Positions 1-10,699 are shown, counted from the first letter of the stretch. The stretch: DNA of 64,000 bases from Promethearchaeia archaeon (GCA_046483985.1 JAWOCD010000016.1:1-64000), one strand, 5' to 3'. The notes: a model not told the origin generated them from the letters alone. Translations and numbers: made by a program.

Positions 1-148
1 TATTTTTACTCGACATAAAGATAACTATCTTCTTTTTCCTATTTTAATTTAGCACAACAAGAAAAGAAAGTCTTGAAGTAATTTTTGTCGGATGAATCTC
101 GTATATTATACAAACATTTTTATATTTGGTTTTTGGTATTCAAATTAG

Positions 149-730
149 TTGAAAAAAATGGAAAGAATCGCGAAAAACGAAAGAATCACAAAAGAAACAT
201 CCGTAGAGATTCAACTTAACTTGGATGGTTCGGAGGATTCGCAAATTAGCACTACTGTGAAATTTTTTGATCATATGCTCACTTTGTTAGCACGACACGC
301 CGATATTATGCTCAATATAGAAGCTGAGGGAGATTTAACGCATCACATTGTAGAGGATGTGGCAATAACTTTAGGAGAATGCTTTCTAGATGCTTTAGGA
401 GATAAGAAAGGCATTAATCGGTATGGATCTGCCTTTATTCCAATGGATGAGTCTCTGGCCCGTTGCGTTATTGATTTTTCCGGCAGAAAAGCCCTAAATT
501 TGGAGTTGAATTTAAATGAGTGCAATATCGAAGATATGGCGCTGGAGGATGTTGAACATTTCTTCAATTCTTTTGCCGAAAATGCTAAAATGAACCTACA
601 TTTAAAAGTACTCTACGGGGAAGATCAACATCATAAAGTTGAAGCAGCCTTTAAAGCTTTGGCGCATTCAATAAAAAATGCTATTGAAATTGTTTCTGAT
701 AAAATCCCATCTACCAAAGGAAGTTTATAA
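149..730 (+). CDS. hisB: Imidazoleglycerol-phosphate dehydratase
   Basis: RITKET start, FFDHML, HHIVED, PMDE and HHKVEAAFKA motifs, IPSTKG C-terminus. Confidence 0.97.
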   Translation: MKKMERIAKNERITKETSVEIQLNLDGSEDSQISTTVKFFDHMLTLLARHADIMLNIEAEGDLTHHIVEDVAITLGECFLDALGDKKGINRYGSAFIPMDESLARCVIDFSGRKALNLELNLNECNIEDMALEDVEHFFNSFAENAKMNLHLKVLYGEDQHHKVEAAFKALAHSIKNAIEIVSDKIPSTKGSL

Positions 731-831
731 GGCTTCATTTTAGTTTCTTCAATAATAATTGAATAAATAAATAATAAAACTATATTATTAATAAGTAAGA
801 AATAGGAATATTATATTTTGATGATGTAAAA

Positions 832-2082
832 ATGTCCGAGGAAATTCTTGGAACCTACGACTTAGAGAAAAAGGTAGAAGATATCTGCGTAGTTTTAGAA
901 AATACGGAAAAGAATTATGGCGATCCAGACATTGTAGTAGAAATAGAGGCTGGACTTCTCAGTATGATTTCTACTAAACTTGCAATGGAATCTAAAACAA
1001 GATTTGCCTTAGTGACTTTTTCAAATCGGCATGAAGTTCGCTTGGATTTTGAAGATTTTTCTCAAGAAGTCTTTAAGGAAGCACTTTATAACATAGAATT
1101 GTCCCCTTCCAACAAAGCAAGTATAGACGTCGGAATGAACTCTGCATTTCAAGTGGTTGTAAAAAGTATGCAGAAATTGGCGGAGGGAAAACGATTCCGG
1201 ATAATAATGGTTTCAGATGGGAAATTTGAGGGAAAAGGGACAAAATGGCAAGAATTGGTGAATATTTCAGAGAAAGTTGGAATTTATATCGATTGCATTC
1301 AACTAAATCCTCACTATGGCCAGGAAAGTAATATACTTGAAAAAATAGCCAAACGAACCGATGGAACTTATTATAATGTTAATGACATCTCTCAAATGGA
1401 AGCAATCCTCACTGAAGTTATACCTGCGAAAGTACAAGAGGGGGATAATAAATTTCAATCTCAAGAAGACAGAAATCTAAAGGGCTTGCTTGAAGTTATT
1501 GCAGTGGATATGGTTACTGTCGAAAATCAAATCAAAACAGTTGAACAATTGAAAGAACTTTTGGACGATGAGAGTGAAGATATGAAATGCGGTATTTGTC
1601 GTATGCACGATTGCGCAGTAAATGGTGCACCGGCGTTTTCGTGTGGAATGTTTTGTCCTCAATGTGACACATTTTATCATAGTCATTGTGTATCTGGCTG
1701 GGCTGAGAGCCAAAAAGAGACACCTAAAACGGTTTTTAAATGTCCCGTTTGCTTTCATTTGCTCAAAGTACCGGGTTCACTACAGAGGATCAAAGTGCTA
1801 AACCAAAAGTTGAAAGAGAATCAGAGAGAACCTATTCAAAAGGGAGCTAAAAAATTTAATATAAATGAGATTGGTCCACCAGCAGCCTACAAATTTTGCA
1901 GTTGGTGTCGGAATGTATTTAAACCCGATGAGGAAGTTTATTCATGTAATGCATGTGGTGCGTTTTATCATGCTTCTTGTATGGATGAGATGAGTAAAAA
2001 AACAATGAACAGATGTAGGGTTTGTGACGCGCAGTTGGGAAAATCTCGAAAAAAATCAAAGGGTATAGAAAGAATTATTTAG
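832..2082 (+). CDS. vWA-domain protein with two C-terminal RING/PHD-like (C4HC3) zinc fingers
   Basis: vWA-type segments (FALVTFS, IIMVSDG, LEKIAKRTDGTYY); fingers CGIC..CPQC..YHSHC..W..CPVC and CSWC..CNAC..YHASC..CRVC. Confidence 0.8.
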   Translation: MSEEILGTYDLEKKVEDICVVLENTEKNYGDPDIVVEIEAGLLSMISTKLAMESKTRFALVTFSNRHEVRLDFEDFSQEVFKEALYNIELSPSNKASIDVGMNSAFQVVVKSMQKLAEGKRFRIIMVSDGKFEGKGTKWQELVNISEKVGIYIDCIQLNPHYGQESNILEKIAKRTDGTYYNVNDISQMEAILTEVIPAKVQEGDNKFQSQEDRNLKGLLEVIAVDMVTVENQIKTVEQLKELLDDESEDMKCGICRMHDCAVNGAPAFSCGMFCPQCDTFYHSHCVSGWAESQKETPKTVFKCPVCFHLLKVPGSLQRIKVLNQKLKENQREPIQKGAKKFNINEIGPPAAYKFCSWCRNVFKPDEEVYSCNACGAFYHASCMDEMSKKTMNRCRVCDAQLGKSRKKSKGIERII

Positions 2083-2177
2083 TTCCCTACTTTAATATTA
2101 TATAATATTATAATTTCTCACAGAAAAAGCCCATATAATAGAAATCCTCACGTTTGATTTGGCTATATTTTTAAAAA

Positions 2178-5100
2178 ATGCATATTTCTAATAAACTTCA
2201 AATTCTTTATATCCCCTCGAAATATTGGAATTCTTCCATTAGTCAATTCAAATTGAAATCTAAAAAAAACCTCCCTTCTTCTGCTTCCTTTTTTATATTG
2301 TGGCATCCTTTAGTTCAAAGTGAAGAATTACTTGCTAAGAAAATTAGCCAAGTTTTCCCAGAAATACCGGTCCAGAAACTATTGCTATGCAAACTTAACC
2401 TTGCTTTCCTTGAAGCGAAGGCAAACAATTCAATTTTTCGAATTAAAGATGTACTTGCAAAAATAGTACCTTTAAAACCCGGATTAGAACTACTCTTGAA
2501 TCAAAATCTTTTTCCCGAGGGATTCAATAAAAAAGAGAACTCAATGTTCAGTCCCTCTGTTAGAACGTGGACTCTCTTAACGAAATTTGTGTTTGAACTC
2601 TTAAATAAGGGGAGATTTATTCCTACCTTGCAAAACTCTGAGACCCACGAGGATCATTTGGAAGGTCATTGGAGATTAGTGCTGAATTCAGAGGGCGATA
2701 AATCTCGATTAAAAAAAATAATGAACGCCGGAAATTGGATTAGTTTTAATTTGCCCCTGAGTGCTGACAAAAATACAGGGATGATATCTCAGTTATGGCA
2801 CCCTTCTTATCTGTATTCAGAATTTATCGATAACATAGGAGATTACTTAATCAGGTCAATAATAAACCAAGGAAAATTTAATACTTTCAAGGAATTCTAT
2901 AATTTTGAAGTTGAGAAAGATAAAAAGAATGAATCCTCTCTGGCATGGGACTATAAGTTTCTAAAATCACTTCTCCGTAAAGATAACAAATTCTCCGTTA
3001 CAAAATTTCATGAAACCATAGTTCAGAAGCTAATTAACGATTGGACACGTATCGCATCTCTTTCTTCTAACATTAGCAATTTTTCCATGACGTTCAAATT
3101 AAATTATCCTGAAACATCACAAGATCAAAACTCAGAAGATTGGATGTTGGACTTAGCAATAAAGTTGGCAAATAAAGAGAATTTAATTCCTATTAAGAAA
3201 ATTTGGGAAAATTCAGAGATGAGGGAATCTCTCGTTAATAAACTTCATATAAACGAGAAAGAACTAATCGAAACCATTTTGCTGACCATCACCGATGCTG
3301 CGAAAATTTTCTCCCCTATAGAAAAAAGCCTAATGCACCAGACCCCGCAACATGTTCCCTTAACGTCTAATGAAGTAATGGAATTCCTACGTTATCCAAA
3401 AGATGTATTCATCCAAAATGGAATAAATGTGATTCTTCCCGACGTGTTTAAAACAGGAGGATCCCAGAGAATGATGGGGCGTTTAGTTATTAATACTAAG
3501 TCAGATATACAAGAAGAATTAGAGAAGAACCAAGGAAGGATTAATCTAGCTCAATTTAATCTTGACGCTCTCTTAGATTTTGAATGGGAAGTGAAGCTGG
3601 GGGAAGAAGAAATTACTCCTGGAGAATTAGAAGAAATTTTGCAAAAAGAGTCTCCCTTGATTAAATGGCGAGATCAATGGGTATTAGTTGACAAAAAGGA
3701 CTTGCATAGGCTTCAAGACACTATCCAAGAAGGTTCAATCGCCCAAGATTTAAACTATATTGACGCGCTTCGAGTAGGTCTTCAGCAACAGATAGAAATT
3801 GGTGACGGAGAATATACTTATGATGTTATTGTGGAGGGATATTTAGAAGAAATAATTGATACATTAAGTTCTATTGGATCTTTTGAATCTATTGAAACTC
3901 CCAATTTATTTCAAGGTCAATTGCGACCATACCAGCAAAAGGGGCTTACTTGGATGGTTAATATGACCAAATATAATTTTGGATTATGTTTAGCTGATGA
4001 CATGGGATTAGGGAAAACCATTCAGATAATTGCGTTTCTACTCCATCTTAAGGAAACCTATCCCGAGATTGAGAAAAGTACTCTCATAATCTGTCCCACT
4101 TCTGTACTATTTAATTGGAAACGTGAATTAAAGAGATTTGCTCCCGATTTAGAGACAGTAGTTCATCATGGCCCCGATCGTGTTTCCAAACCAAGTGAAT
4201 TAAAAGATTTTTTACGTCCTCACCGAGTTATATTGACCACTTTTGGCACCATAAGAAATGATATTGATTTACTTGAACCGGTTAGTTTGCATGGAGTCAT
4301 CGTGGATGAAGTACAGAATATAAAAAATATCAGTTCCCAACAAACGCAAGCAGTTATGAAACTCCAAGGGGATTATAGGATAGGGTTGAGTGGTACTCCT
4401 ATTCAAAATCAATTGATGGAATTATGGACTATTTTTAAGTTTTTAAATCCAGGGCTTTTGGGAAGTCGTCAGCACTTTATGTCAAAGTATGTTATTCCCA
4501 TTGAAAGATTCCAAGATACTGCCTCAATTCAAAATTTAAAAAATGTGATAAATCCGTTTATCCTTCGCCGTGAAAAGACGGATAAGGATATTATCCAAGA
4601 TCTCCCGGAAAAAAATGAGATAAAAGTATATGTAGAATTGACAGAAGAACAAAAGGCACTTTATCAAAAGAAAGTTAACCAAGTAATGAACCTGATCGAT
4701 AATCAAGAAATTGATGAACGAAAGAAGCGAGGCTCAGTACTTGGTCTCTTAATGAAATTAAAACAGATTTGTAATCACCCGATACAATTTTTAGATGGGT
4801 CAATTCCGGAATTTAAAAGCCAACAAGATGTACAAAACTTCCTTAAAAAATCCCAAAAATTAAAACGGCTTGTAGAAATGATGGATGAGGTCTTAGGTAA
4901 AAATGAGAAAGCTCTTATATTTACTCAATTCCGAAAAACGGGTCAATTTTTAAAGAAGGTACTTGAAAATTATTACGATATTAATGTTCTTTATTTCCAT
5001 GGGGGTGTTCCGGAATATAAACGCAAAGAAATTGTTGATGAATTCCAATCGGAAGACCCTGGAAGTGCCCCCATTTTGGTTTTATCACTTAAAGCGGGAG

Positions 5101-5378
5101 GTACAGGTCTTAATTTAACCCAAGGAACCACAGTATTTCATTTTGACCGGTGGTGGAATCCAGCCGTTGAAGCTCAAGCCACAGATCGTGCTTACCGCAT
5201 AGGTCAAACCGACTCTGTCAGTGTTTATAAATTTGTTTCACTTGAAACCATTGAAGAGAAGATCGATAATTTATTAGAAGAGAAAAAAAAATTAGCAGAC
5301 CAAGTAATTCCCGGAAAAGGAGAATCTTGGATTTCAGATCTATCAAAAGATAAACTAAAACAACTCTTTTCACTTTAA
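2178..5378 (+). CDS. SNF2/SWI2-family helicase-like ATPase
   Basis: LRPYQ, LADDMGLGKT, DEVQNIKN, LSGTPIQN, SLKAGGTGLNL, DRWWNPAVEAQATDRAYRIGQ. Confidence 0.96.
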   Translation: MHISNKLQILYIPSKYWNSSISQFKLKSKKNLPSSASFFILWHPLVQSEELLAKKISQVFPEIPVQKLLLCKLNLAFLEAKANNSIFRIKDVLAKIVPLKPGLELLLNQNLFPEGFNKKENSMFSPSVRTWTLLTKFVFELLNKGRFIPTLQNSETHEDHLEGHWRLVLNSEGDKSRLKKIMNAGNWISFNLPLSADKNTGMISQLWHPSYLYSEFIDNIGDYLIRSIINQGKFNTFKEFYNFEVEKDKKNESSLAWDYKFLKSLLRKDNKFSVTKFHETIVQKLINDWTRIASLSSNISNFSMTFKLNYPETSQDQNSEDWMLDLAIKLANKENLIPIKKIWENSEMRESLVNKLHINEKELIETILLTITDAAKIFSPIEKSLMHQTPQHVPLTSNEVMEFLRYPKDVFIQNGINVILPDVFKTGGSQRMMGRLVINTKSDIQEELEKNQGRINLAQFNLDALLDFEWEVKLGEEEITPGELEEILQKESPLIKWRDQWVLVDKKDLHRLQDTIQEGSIAQDLNYIDALRVGLQQQIEIGDGEYTYDVIVEGYLEEIIDTLSSIGSFESIETPNLFQGQLRPYQQKGLTWMVNMTKYNFGLCLADDMGLGKTIQIIAFLLHLKETYPEIEKSTLIICPTSVLFNWKRELKRFAPDLETVVHHGPDRVSKPSELKDFLRPHRVILTTFGTIRNDIDLLEPVSLHGVIVDEVQNIKNISSQQTQAVMKLQGDYRIGLSGTPIQNQLMELWTIFKFLNPGLLGSRQHFMSKYVIPIERFQDTASIQNLKNVINPFILRREKTDKDIIQDLPEKNEIKVYVELTEEQKALYQKKVNQVMNLIDNQEIDERKKRGSVLGLLMKLKQICNHPIQFLDGSIPEFKSQQDVQNFLKKSQKLKRLVEMMDEVLGKNEKALIFTQFRKTGQFLKKVLENYYDINVLYFHGGVPEYKRKEIVDEFQSEDPGSAPILVLSLKAGGTGLNLTQGTTVFHFDRWWNPAVEAQATDRAYRIGQTDSVSVYKFVSLETIEEKIDNLLEEKKKLADQVIPGKGESWISDLSKDKLKQLFSL

Positions 5379-5402
5379 TTGAATAAAAATTAGTCATTAC
5401 AG

Positions 5403-6359
5403 GTGTTCAAAATAAAGAAAGATAAAGACCCCCGTCGAACACGCTTCCGTAAGGATACCCATAGATTTCCAAAGACAGAGCGTGAACGACGAAAAACAAG
5501 AGAAGAAGTTCAACAAATTAAACGATCATTAATCGATTTTGCAACTACAAAATGGGGGAAGAAGTGGATCCATTCCTTATTAAAGATTGGGAGGCCATTT
5601 CGAATGCGACGTGGAATTAATTATGCTGAGGATGAAGAGAGAATAAACAATCTCACTATCCATAAAGGAGAAATATTTGCCACCGTTCAAGGAACCGCTC
5701 CATCGCCTTATAGGGTAAAAATCAAATTTGATCTAATTTCCCAAGGAATATGGGGTACTGTTTTAGATTCTTTTTCCTTAAAACTTATCAATTTGGCTCA
5801 TTTATTAGAGGGGATCCTGCCTGAAGAGTTGATAGATCTTTTTGAACAAGAAAGTCACTCACTTTTTCCGGACGCATCTTTGGGATTGGACGCAAAGTGT
5901 TCTTGTCCCGATAGTGCAGTGCCATGCAAACATATCGCCGCTGTTATATTATATCTTGCTCGAGTTATTGACTATAACCCCTTTATTCTGTTAAAACTCC
6001 GTGGAAAAAACAGAGATGAATTGATTCAAGAATTTGGATTAACCTTTCGTTCGTCCAGAAAAAACGCAGAAAAAAAAGCTCAAGAGGATACTCGAGTCAA
6101 AGAAAAAGGCTTAACGAATATTCCAGCAATAGAAATTGATGAAGTTAATTCCAAATTCGCAAAGACACCCAATGAAGTGGATGTAGAATTTCACTTTCGG
6201 AAACCGGGATCAAGGACGGGTATAATTCACAATCTCGGTGTTCCAGAGAATTTAGAGTATAAAAAAGAATTTAAAATTGTTATGAATAAAATATATGAGA
6301 AAATTATGAATTTAGTATATCGGAAGGCCACATTTTCAGAAAAAAAAGAAAGAAAATAA
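5403..6359 (+). CDS. SWIM zinc-finger protein, partner of the SNF2 ATPase
   Basis: CSCPDSAVPCKHIAAV SWIM motif, WGKKW and VQGT..PYRV; 24 bp downstream of the SNF2 gene. Confidence 0.92.
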   Translation: MFKIKKDKDPRRTRFRKDTHRFPKTERERRKTREEVQQIKRSLIDFATTKWGKKWIHSLLKIGRPFRMRRGINYAEDEERINNLTIHKGEIFATVQGTAPSPYRVKIKFDLISQGIWGTVLDSFSLKLINLAHLLEGILPEELIDLFEQESHSLFPDASLGLDAKCSCPDSAVPCKHIAAVILYLARVIDYNPFILLKLRGKNRDELIQEFGLTFRSSRKNAEKKAQEDTRVKEKGLTNIPAIEIDEVNSKFAKTPNEVDVEFHFRKPGSRTGIIHNLGVPENLEYKKEFKIVMNKIYEKIMNLVYRKATFSEKKERK

Positions 6360-6645
6360 AATCTGCTCTCTTATCTTAATTTTTTTGCGCGCCGATAATT
6401 ATTCAGAATGCGTTCCCATTTTCTAGCCAATGAGTGTAAATCGCATTTGCGAAAAAGCTTCACAGATCGACTGAGTACTTTTTCAATATTATTTTTATGA
6501 CTTAAATTATTCTTATGTTTTAGCATATTTTATTAATACTTTTAACACTTTTTATAAGGGGATAATATCAAGATAATGTGCAATTCTAAAAACTTTAAAT
6601 TTAGGGAAACTATATTTATTTGTATAAATTTTTAAGGGAGAAAAA

Positions 6646-7605
6646 ATGGAAAATACAGAAGAGCAATTAGTTATATTACTAAAGAGATATATGGAAAAAC
6701 TCGATGGATTATTGGCAACGGTCGTTTGCGATAGAGATGGCTTTCTTATGGCATCTGAAGGAGCTGATGAGGACGATTCCCTAATCGGGGTCATAACTGC
6801 ATTATTAGATAAATATATTGATCGCATAAAATCAGAGTTTGGCACTAAAGGGGATTTCTTTAACATTCTTGAAATAGAGGATCACAAATTTGCGTATTGT
6901 TCCCGAGGATCTAATTCCATTCTTACTTCTATGGCAACACCTGATACTTCAGATATTGCTTTAAAGGTTTATTCTGAACATATCGCTGGAAAGAATGAAC
7001 TCATTCTCCAAGGACAAGATCATGTCTCACTTGATATTCCGCAAATTATTGACGTGCTATCCAAAACACGTAGCGGAAAACTTCCGGAAGGAGAATATAA
7101 TACTAAGGTTATTCTAACGGGAGATTATAAAGTGGGAAAAACCAGCCTCGTTGACAGATTTGTTAATGATAAATTTGAAGAGAGTTATCTAGCTACAATT
7201 GGTCTAGATATATCGAAAAAGACCGAGGAAATCACCGACAATACCACGATGAATTTTATTATTTGGGATATTGGAGGACAGATAAAGCAGATGGCTCCAT
7301 ATCGTTCTCGCTTTTACGATGGCGCCAATGCTGCCTTTATCGTAATTGATCGGACTCGTCCTGGAAATTTGAATAGTATTAATGCGTGGTATGAGGATAT
7401 TAAAAAATCAGTACCGAAAGATATTCCTATGGTCATTGTCGGAAATAAGTCTGATTTGGTCGATGATATTGTAATAACCGAGGAGGAAATAGAGGAAATT
7501 GCAGAGAAATATGGATTCCATCACATTACTACTTCTGCAAAGACAGGTGAGAATGTCAACGACGCTTTCCTCTATATTGGTTTGAAATTTTTGGAAAAGG
7601 TCTAA
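6646..7605 (+). CDS. Roadblock/LC7 domain fused to a Rab-like small GTPase
   Basis: N-terminal roadblock (VVCDRDGFLMAS); G1 GDYKVGKT, G2 ATIG, G3 WDIGGQ, G4 NKSD, G5 SAK. Confidence 0.92.
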   Translation: MENTEEQLVILLKRYMEKLDGLLATVVCDRDGFLMASEGADEDDSLIGVITALLDKYIDRIKSEFGTKGDFFNILEIEDHKFAYCSRGSNSILTSMATPDTSDIALKVYSEHIAGKNELILQGQDHVSLDIPQIIDVLSKTRSGKLPEGEYNTKVILTGDYKVGKTSLVDRFVNDKFEESYLATIGLDISKKTEEITDNTTMNFIIWDIGGQIKQMAPYRSRFYDGANAAFIVIDRTRPGNLNSINAWYEDIKKSVPKDIPMVIVGNKSDLVDDIVITEEEIEEIAEKYGFHHITTSAKTGENVNDAFLYIGLKFLEKV

Positions 7606-7754
7606 AACTAAATTTTAAAAATTAGTTGCGTCTTCTTTTAATTAAGATTCAATTTTTAATATAATTAAAATGAAATCAAGGAGGTTGTAATAACATACCA
7701 CTTCAAGTCAAATTCAATAAAATATTAGCCTTATGAAACGCTTCTGGCTATCTT

Positions 7755-8609
7755 ATGGGTTTTTCGGTAAAGGAGTTAAAATATAAAACTAAATACTTGA
7801 TATACCTTGCAGAAGAACAACATACTGGCACGTGGTTTAGCTTTAAGATTCGACTTAAAGGCCAAAAATTTCCCATCTTATTCCATAATGTTGAGCCGAC
7901 ACCGATCTTTAGATTAGTGAACAGTAAAAAGGGAACCACAATTAATCGGATTACGTTGGATTTTGATATTAAACGGTACTTACTGAAAAATTACGAATTT
8001 AGTGACGAATTGGATGATTTAAAGGATTCTCTTGGGACTCGCCTCTATATTGATATCTTTAAATATTCGGAATCTCCATACCTCATTGCATATTTCACGC
8101 TAAAAAATATCTCGGATTATGAATTATTGGATTTCTCTATGTACTTTATATTTGACTTCGATATTAATGGTCTTCAAGGATTTGATACAGACGTCTCGGA
8201 CTATGATGAGGATGAGGATATTCTCTATCAATATGACAATACAGGGGTTCATGGAGGATTATCATCGATATCAAAACCAACACACTATGAAACAACCTTA
8301 ACAAATGAATTTAACCTCGATAAAGATCATTTAATTCTTTCCAATTCACTGGTAAAGGAACCCGGGGAAATTTTGTCCGCCTTACAGATTAAATTCCAAG
8401 ACCTCAGTCCTAACCAATCATTTCAAACTGCTATAATTCTCTCGGGAGGATTGAGTAAAGAAGAACTATTTGAAAACATTAAGAAAGGAAAAAATAATGC
8501 TATACGATACGCAAAACAAGTAAATAGGTCTATTAAATCTGAAGAGCGGAACAGCCAAGAGAAGGCGTTCGAAGATTTAAATAAAAAAGAATCAAAAGGA
8601 TGTGATTAA
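7755..8609 (+). CDS. Hypothetical protein
   Basis: 284-aa ORF with no motif I recognise. Confidence 0.7.
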   Translation: MGFSVKELKYKTKYLIYLAEEQHTGTWFSFKIRLKGQKFPILFHNVEPTPIFRLVNSKKGTTINRITLDFDIKRYLLKNYEFSDELDDLKDSLGTRLYIDIFKYSESPYLIAYFTLKNISDYELLDFSMYFIFDFDINGLQGFDTDVSDYDEDEDILYQYDNTGVHGGLSSISKPTHYETTLTNEFNLDKDHLILSNSLVKEPGEILSALQIKFQDLSPNQSFQTAIILSGGLSKEELFENIKKGKNNAIRYAKQVNRSIKSEERNSQEKAFEDLNKKESKGCD

Positions 8610-8676
8610 CACATTATTCCTTCCATGATAATGATTCAAATAAAAAACCAAGTATTTGGGAATATTTGATGAATGC

Positions 8677-8692
8677 CTCGCAAGGGTGAGGA
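8677..8692. terminator. Short hairpin between convergent genes
   Basis: CCTCGC-AAGG-GTGAGG stem-loop between the 7755..8609(+) and 8711..9184(-) stops. Confidence 0.35.
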
Positions 8693-8710
8693 ATAATGCT
8701 TATAAGTTAT

Positions 8711-9184
8711 TCATTTTCGAAGAGTTGCAATTATCATTTTTTTCTCTAATAGAAAATTAATGGCCGCAATGGGATTATGGAAAACAACATCCGCATTTAG
8801 AAAGGTTTTGGTGGAAGCACCCTCGTTTCCGATGATGACCAATCCCAAAATGGCGTGTTTTAACATCAAGGAATCATTATTTCCATTTCCAATGGCGGCG
8901 GTAACTTCTTTTCCCAACTTAAGGAGTTCATTTTTCTTACCCTCTGTTGCCGTAATTTCTTGGTCATCAATTTTGATATAGTCTGTATCTAGTTTTTTTG
9001 CTAACTCTGCCAAATTTCCGCGCGTATCCGAAGAAACTAAATAAACATGATACTCTTTTTCCAATTCTTTAAATTTTTGAATTAATCCCTCACTTACCTT
9101 CCCTTCAAATTGAAGAGTGCCGTTGATGTCAAATATTACATTCTGGATAGTCAGTGTCCCATAATTAGGAATCTCTATTTTCAT
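8711..9184 (-). CDS. HAD-superfamily hydrolase (soluble P-type ATPase-like)
   Basis: IFDINGTL, SSDTRG, AIGNGNND, GNEGAS. Confidence 0.88.
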   Translation of the reverse strand: MKIEIPNYGTLTIQNVIFDINGTLQFEGKVSEGLIQKFKELEKEYHVYLVSSDTRGNLAELAKKLDTDYIKIDDQEITATEGKKNELLKLGKEVTAAIGNGNNDSLMLKHAILGLVIIGNEGASTKTFLNADVVFHNPIAAINFLLEKKMIIATLRK

Positions 9185-9200
9185 AGTATTAAAAAAGTTT

Positions 9201-9534
9201 TATGGCTTTTCTTTCTTTCTTTGAAAGAACTCTTTAAAAATTTCAAAGGGTTCTCCGGAGGCAAAATCTTCGGCAGCATAATCATTTTCCGCTAAAAACC
9301 CCTCGTGGTTAACATACGTTGCCATATGAATTAAACGTTAGCCAGTACCTGGCTGAGTATTAAACTCAAACATTTTCCGATCCCACATATGAAGATAAAC
9401 ATCCCATTTGTCATAGGTCTCCATTCAATATCCTCTTCAGTGTCATTGACCCAGTCAACCAAATATTTCCTTTTTCCTCCTTCTCTGTATTTAACTTCAA
9501 GGTATTGTTCTTCCCAATTCTCAATGTAAAGCAT
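9201..9534 (-). pseudogene. Probable degraded gene (frameshift plus stop)
   Basis: The 67-aa ORF continues in another frame as FEFNTQPGTG*RLIHMATYVNHEGFLAENDYAAEDFASGEPFEIFKEFFQRKKEKP. Confidence 0.35.
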
Positions 9535-9604
9535 TTGTAGTTATAATTTATCCGATATGTATATTGAGAAATATCGAAAACTATTAAAATCATAACATTT
9601 GTGA

Positions 9605-10699
9605 ATGTATAACTCGATGGAGTTATTCCTAATCTTTATTGTTCTTTTTATTATATGTGCTGGAGCGGGTTTATGGTTCTATATTAAAAATGGGGAGCGG
9701 TATGGAATAGTAATAAACATTGTTTTCCCCGTAATTGGTTTTGTTATTCTAACTGTTATCTCCTTCTTTACTCTTAATCTGTTTAATCTTGGAACCCTCT
9801 CCAAGACAGCGGCGAGAAACTTTTTAATTTTATCAATTCTTGCTCGCACTTATTCTTTAAGTATTATCGGATCGCTTTATTATTATTTTTTCAAAAAAAA
9901 TCTATTAGCTCCAATGCTATATGCATTTTTTACGGCGATTATTTCGATTGTCGTGTTTTTACCAAATAGTTTTAACTTAATTAAAATTGGAACAACTTAT
10001 ATTCTGCAGATAAAGACCCCGTCTTTACTATATATTTTAGTTTCGTTTAATCTCTCTATCATTATATTAATGTGGGGTGTCCATATTCTTAATTACAAAG
10101 TATTAAAACAGAAAAAAATGGCAAAAGTAATATCTTTAGTCATTTCTATATTTACCTTGGTAGTTACATTGTACCTCTTATATTTGATTTTCTCGAACTT
10201 ATGGCTCAAATTCGTATTTGATCTTTCTTTTTTAACTAGTTTCGCAACTTTCCTTTATTTTCTTATTTCCCATCCTAATTTTTATTATAAGCTTACTAAC
10301 CAAGTGGATAACCTCATTCTCTTCCATAAATCTGGTATTTTATTATATTCATATGATTTTAATAAAAACGAACAATTAGATGATTCTCTTTTAAAGGGAG
10401 CAATTCTTATCGGAATCAATCATATTCTTTCTAATCTTGCTATTAAAGAATACAAGCTCAATTCAATAAATTTGAAAGATAAAAGGATTATATTAAGATA
10501 TAACGATAAACTAGGCTTCGCTTTTCTGCTAATTGTTGAGCGATCTTCAAGGTATTTAAAATCTTGCGTTGAAAATTTTTTGAAAGATTTTTCTGAAAAA
10601 TTTAGAGAAGATCTTCTGGATCTTAACGGTCTGGTTGATTCTTCAAAATTTAAGAATACTAAGCGCATGATACAGCAAAATTTTGCTCCTTATTTGTAG
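9605..10699 (+). CDS. Multi-pass (about 7 TM) membrane protein with C-terminal longin-like domain
   Basis: Hydrophobic N-terminal ~225 aa; C-terminal ILFHKSGILLYSYDF...LIGINHIL...FLKDFSEKF pattern typical of Asgard longin-like domains. Confidence 0.72.
   Translation: MYNSMELFLIFIVLFIICAGAGLWFYIKNGERYGIVINIVFPVIGFVILTVISFFTLNLFNLGTLSKTAARNFLILSILARTYSLSIIGSLYYYFFKKNLLAPMLYAFFTAIISIVVFLPNSFNLIKIGTTYILQIKTPSLLYILVSFNLSIIILMWGVHILNYKVLKQKKMAKVISLVISIFTLVVTLYLLYLIFSNLWLKFVFDLSFLTSFATFLYFLISHPNFYYKLTNQVDNLILFHKSGILLYSYDFNKNEQLDDSLLKGAILIGINHILSNLAIKEYKLNSINLKDKRIILRYNDKLGFAFLLIVERSSRYLKSCVENFLKDFSEKFREDLLDLNGLVDSSKFKNTKRMIQQNFAPYL

Noticed and set aside
8669-8696. ATGA...hairpin...GA resembling a SECIS
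   Set aside because: The stem geometry does not fit and neither flanking gene has an in-frame TGA; more likely a terminator-type hairpin.
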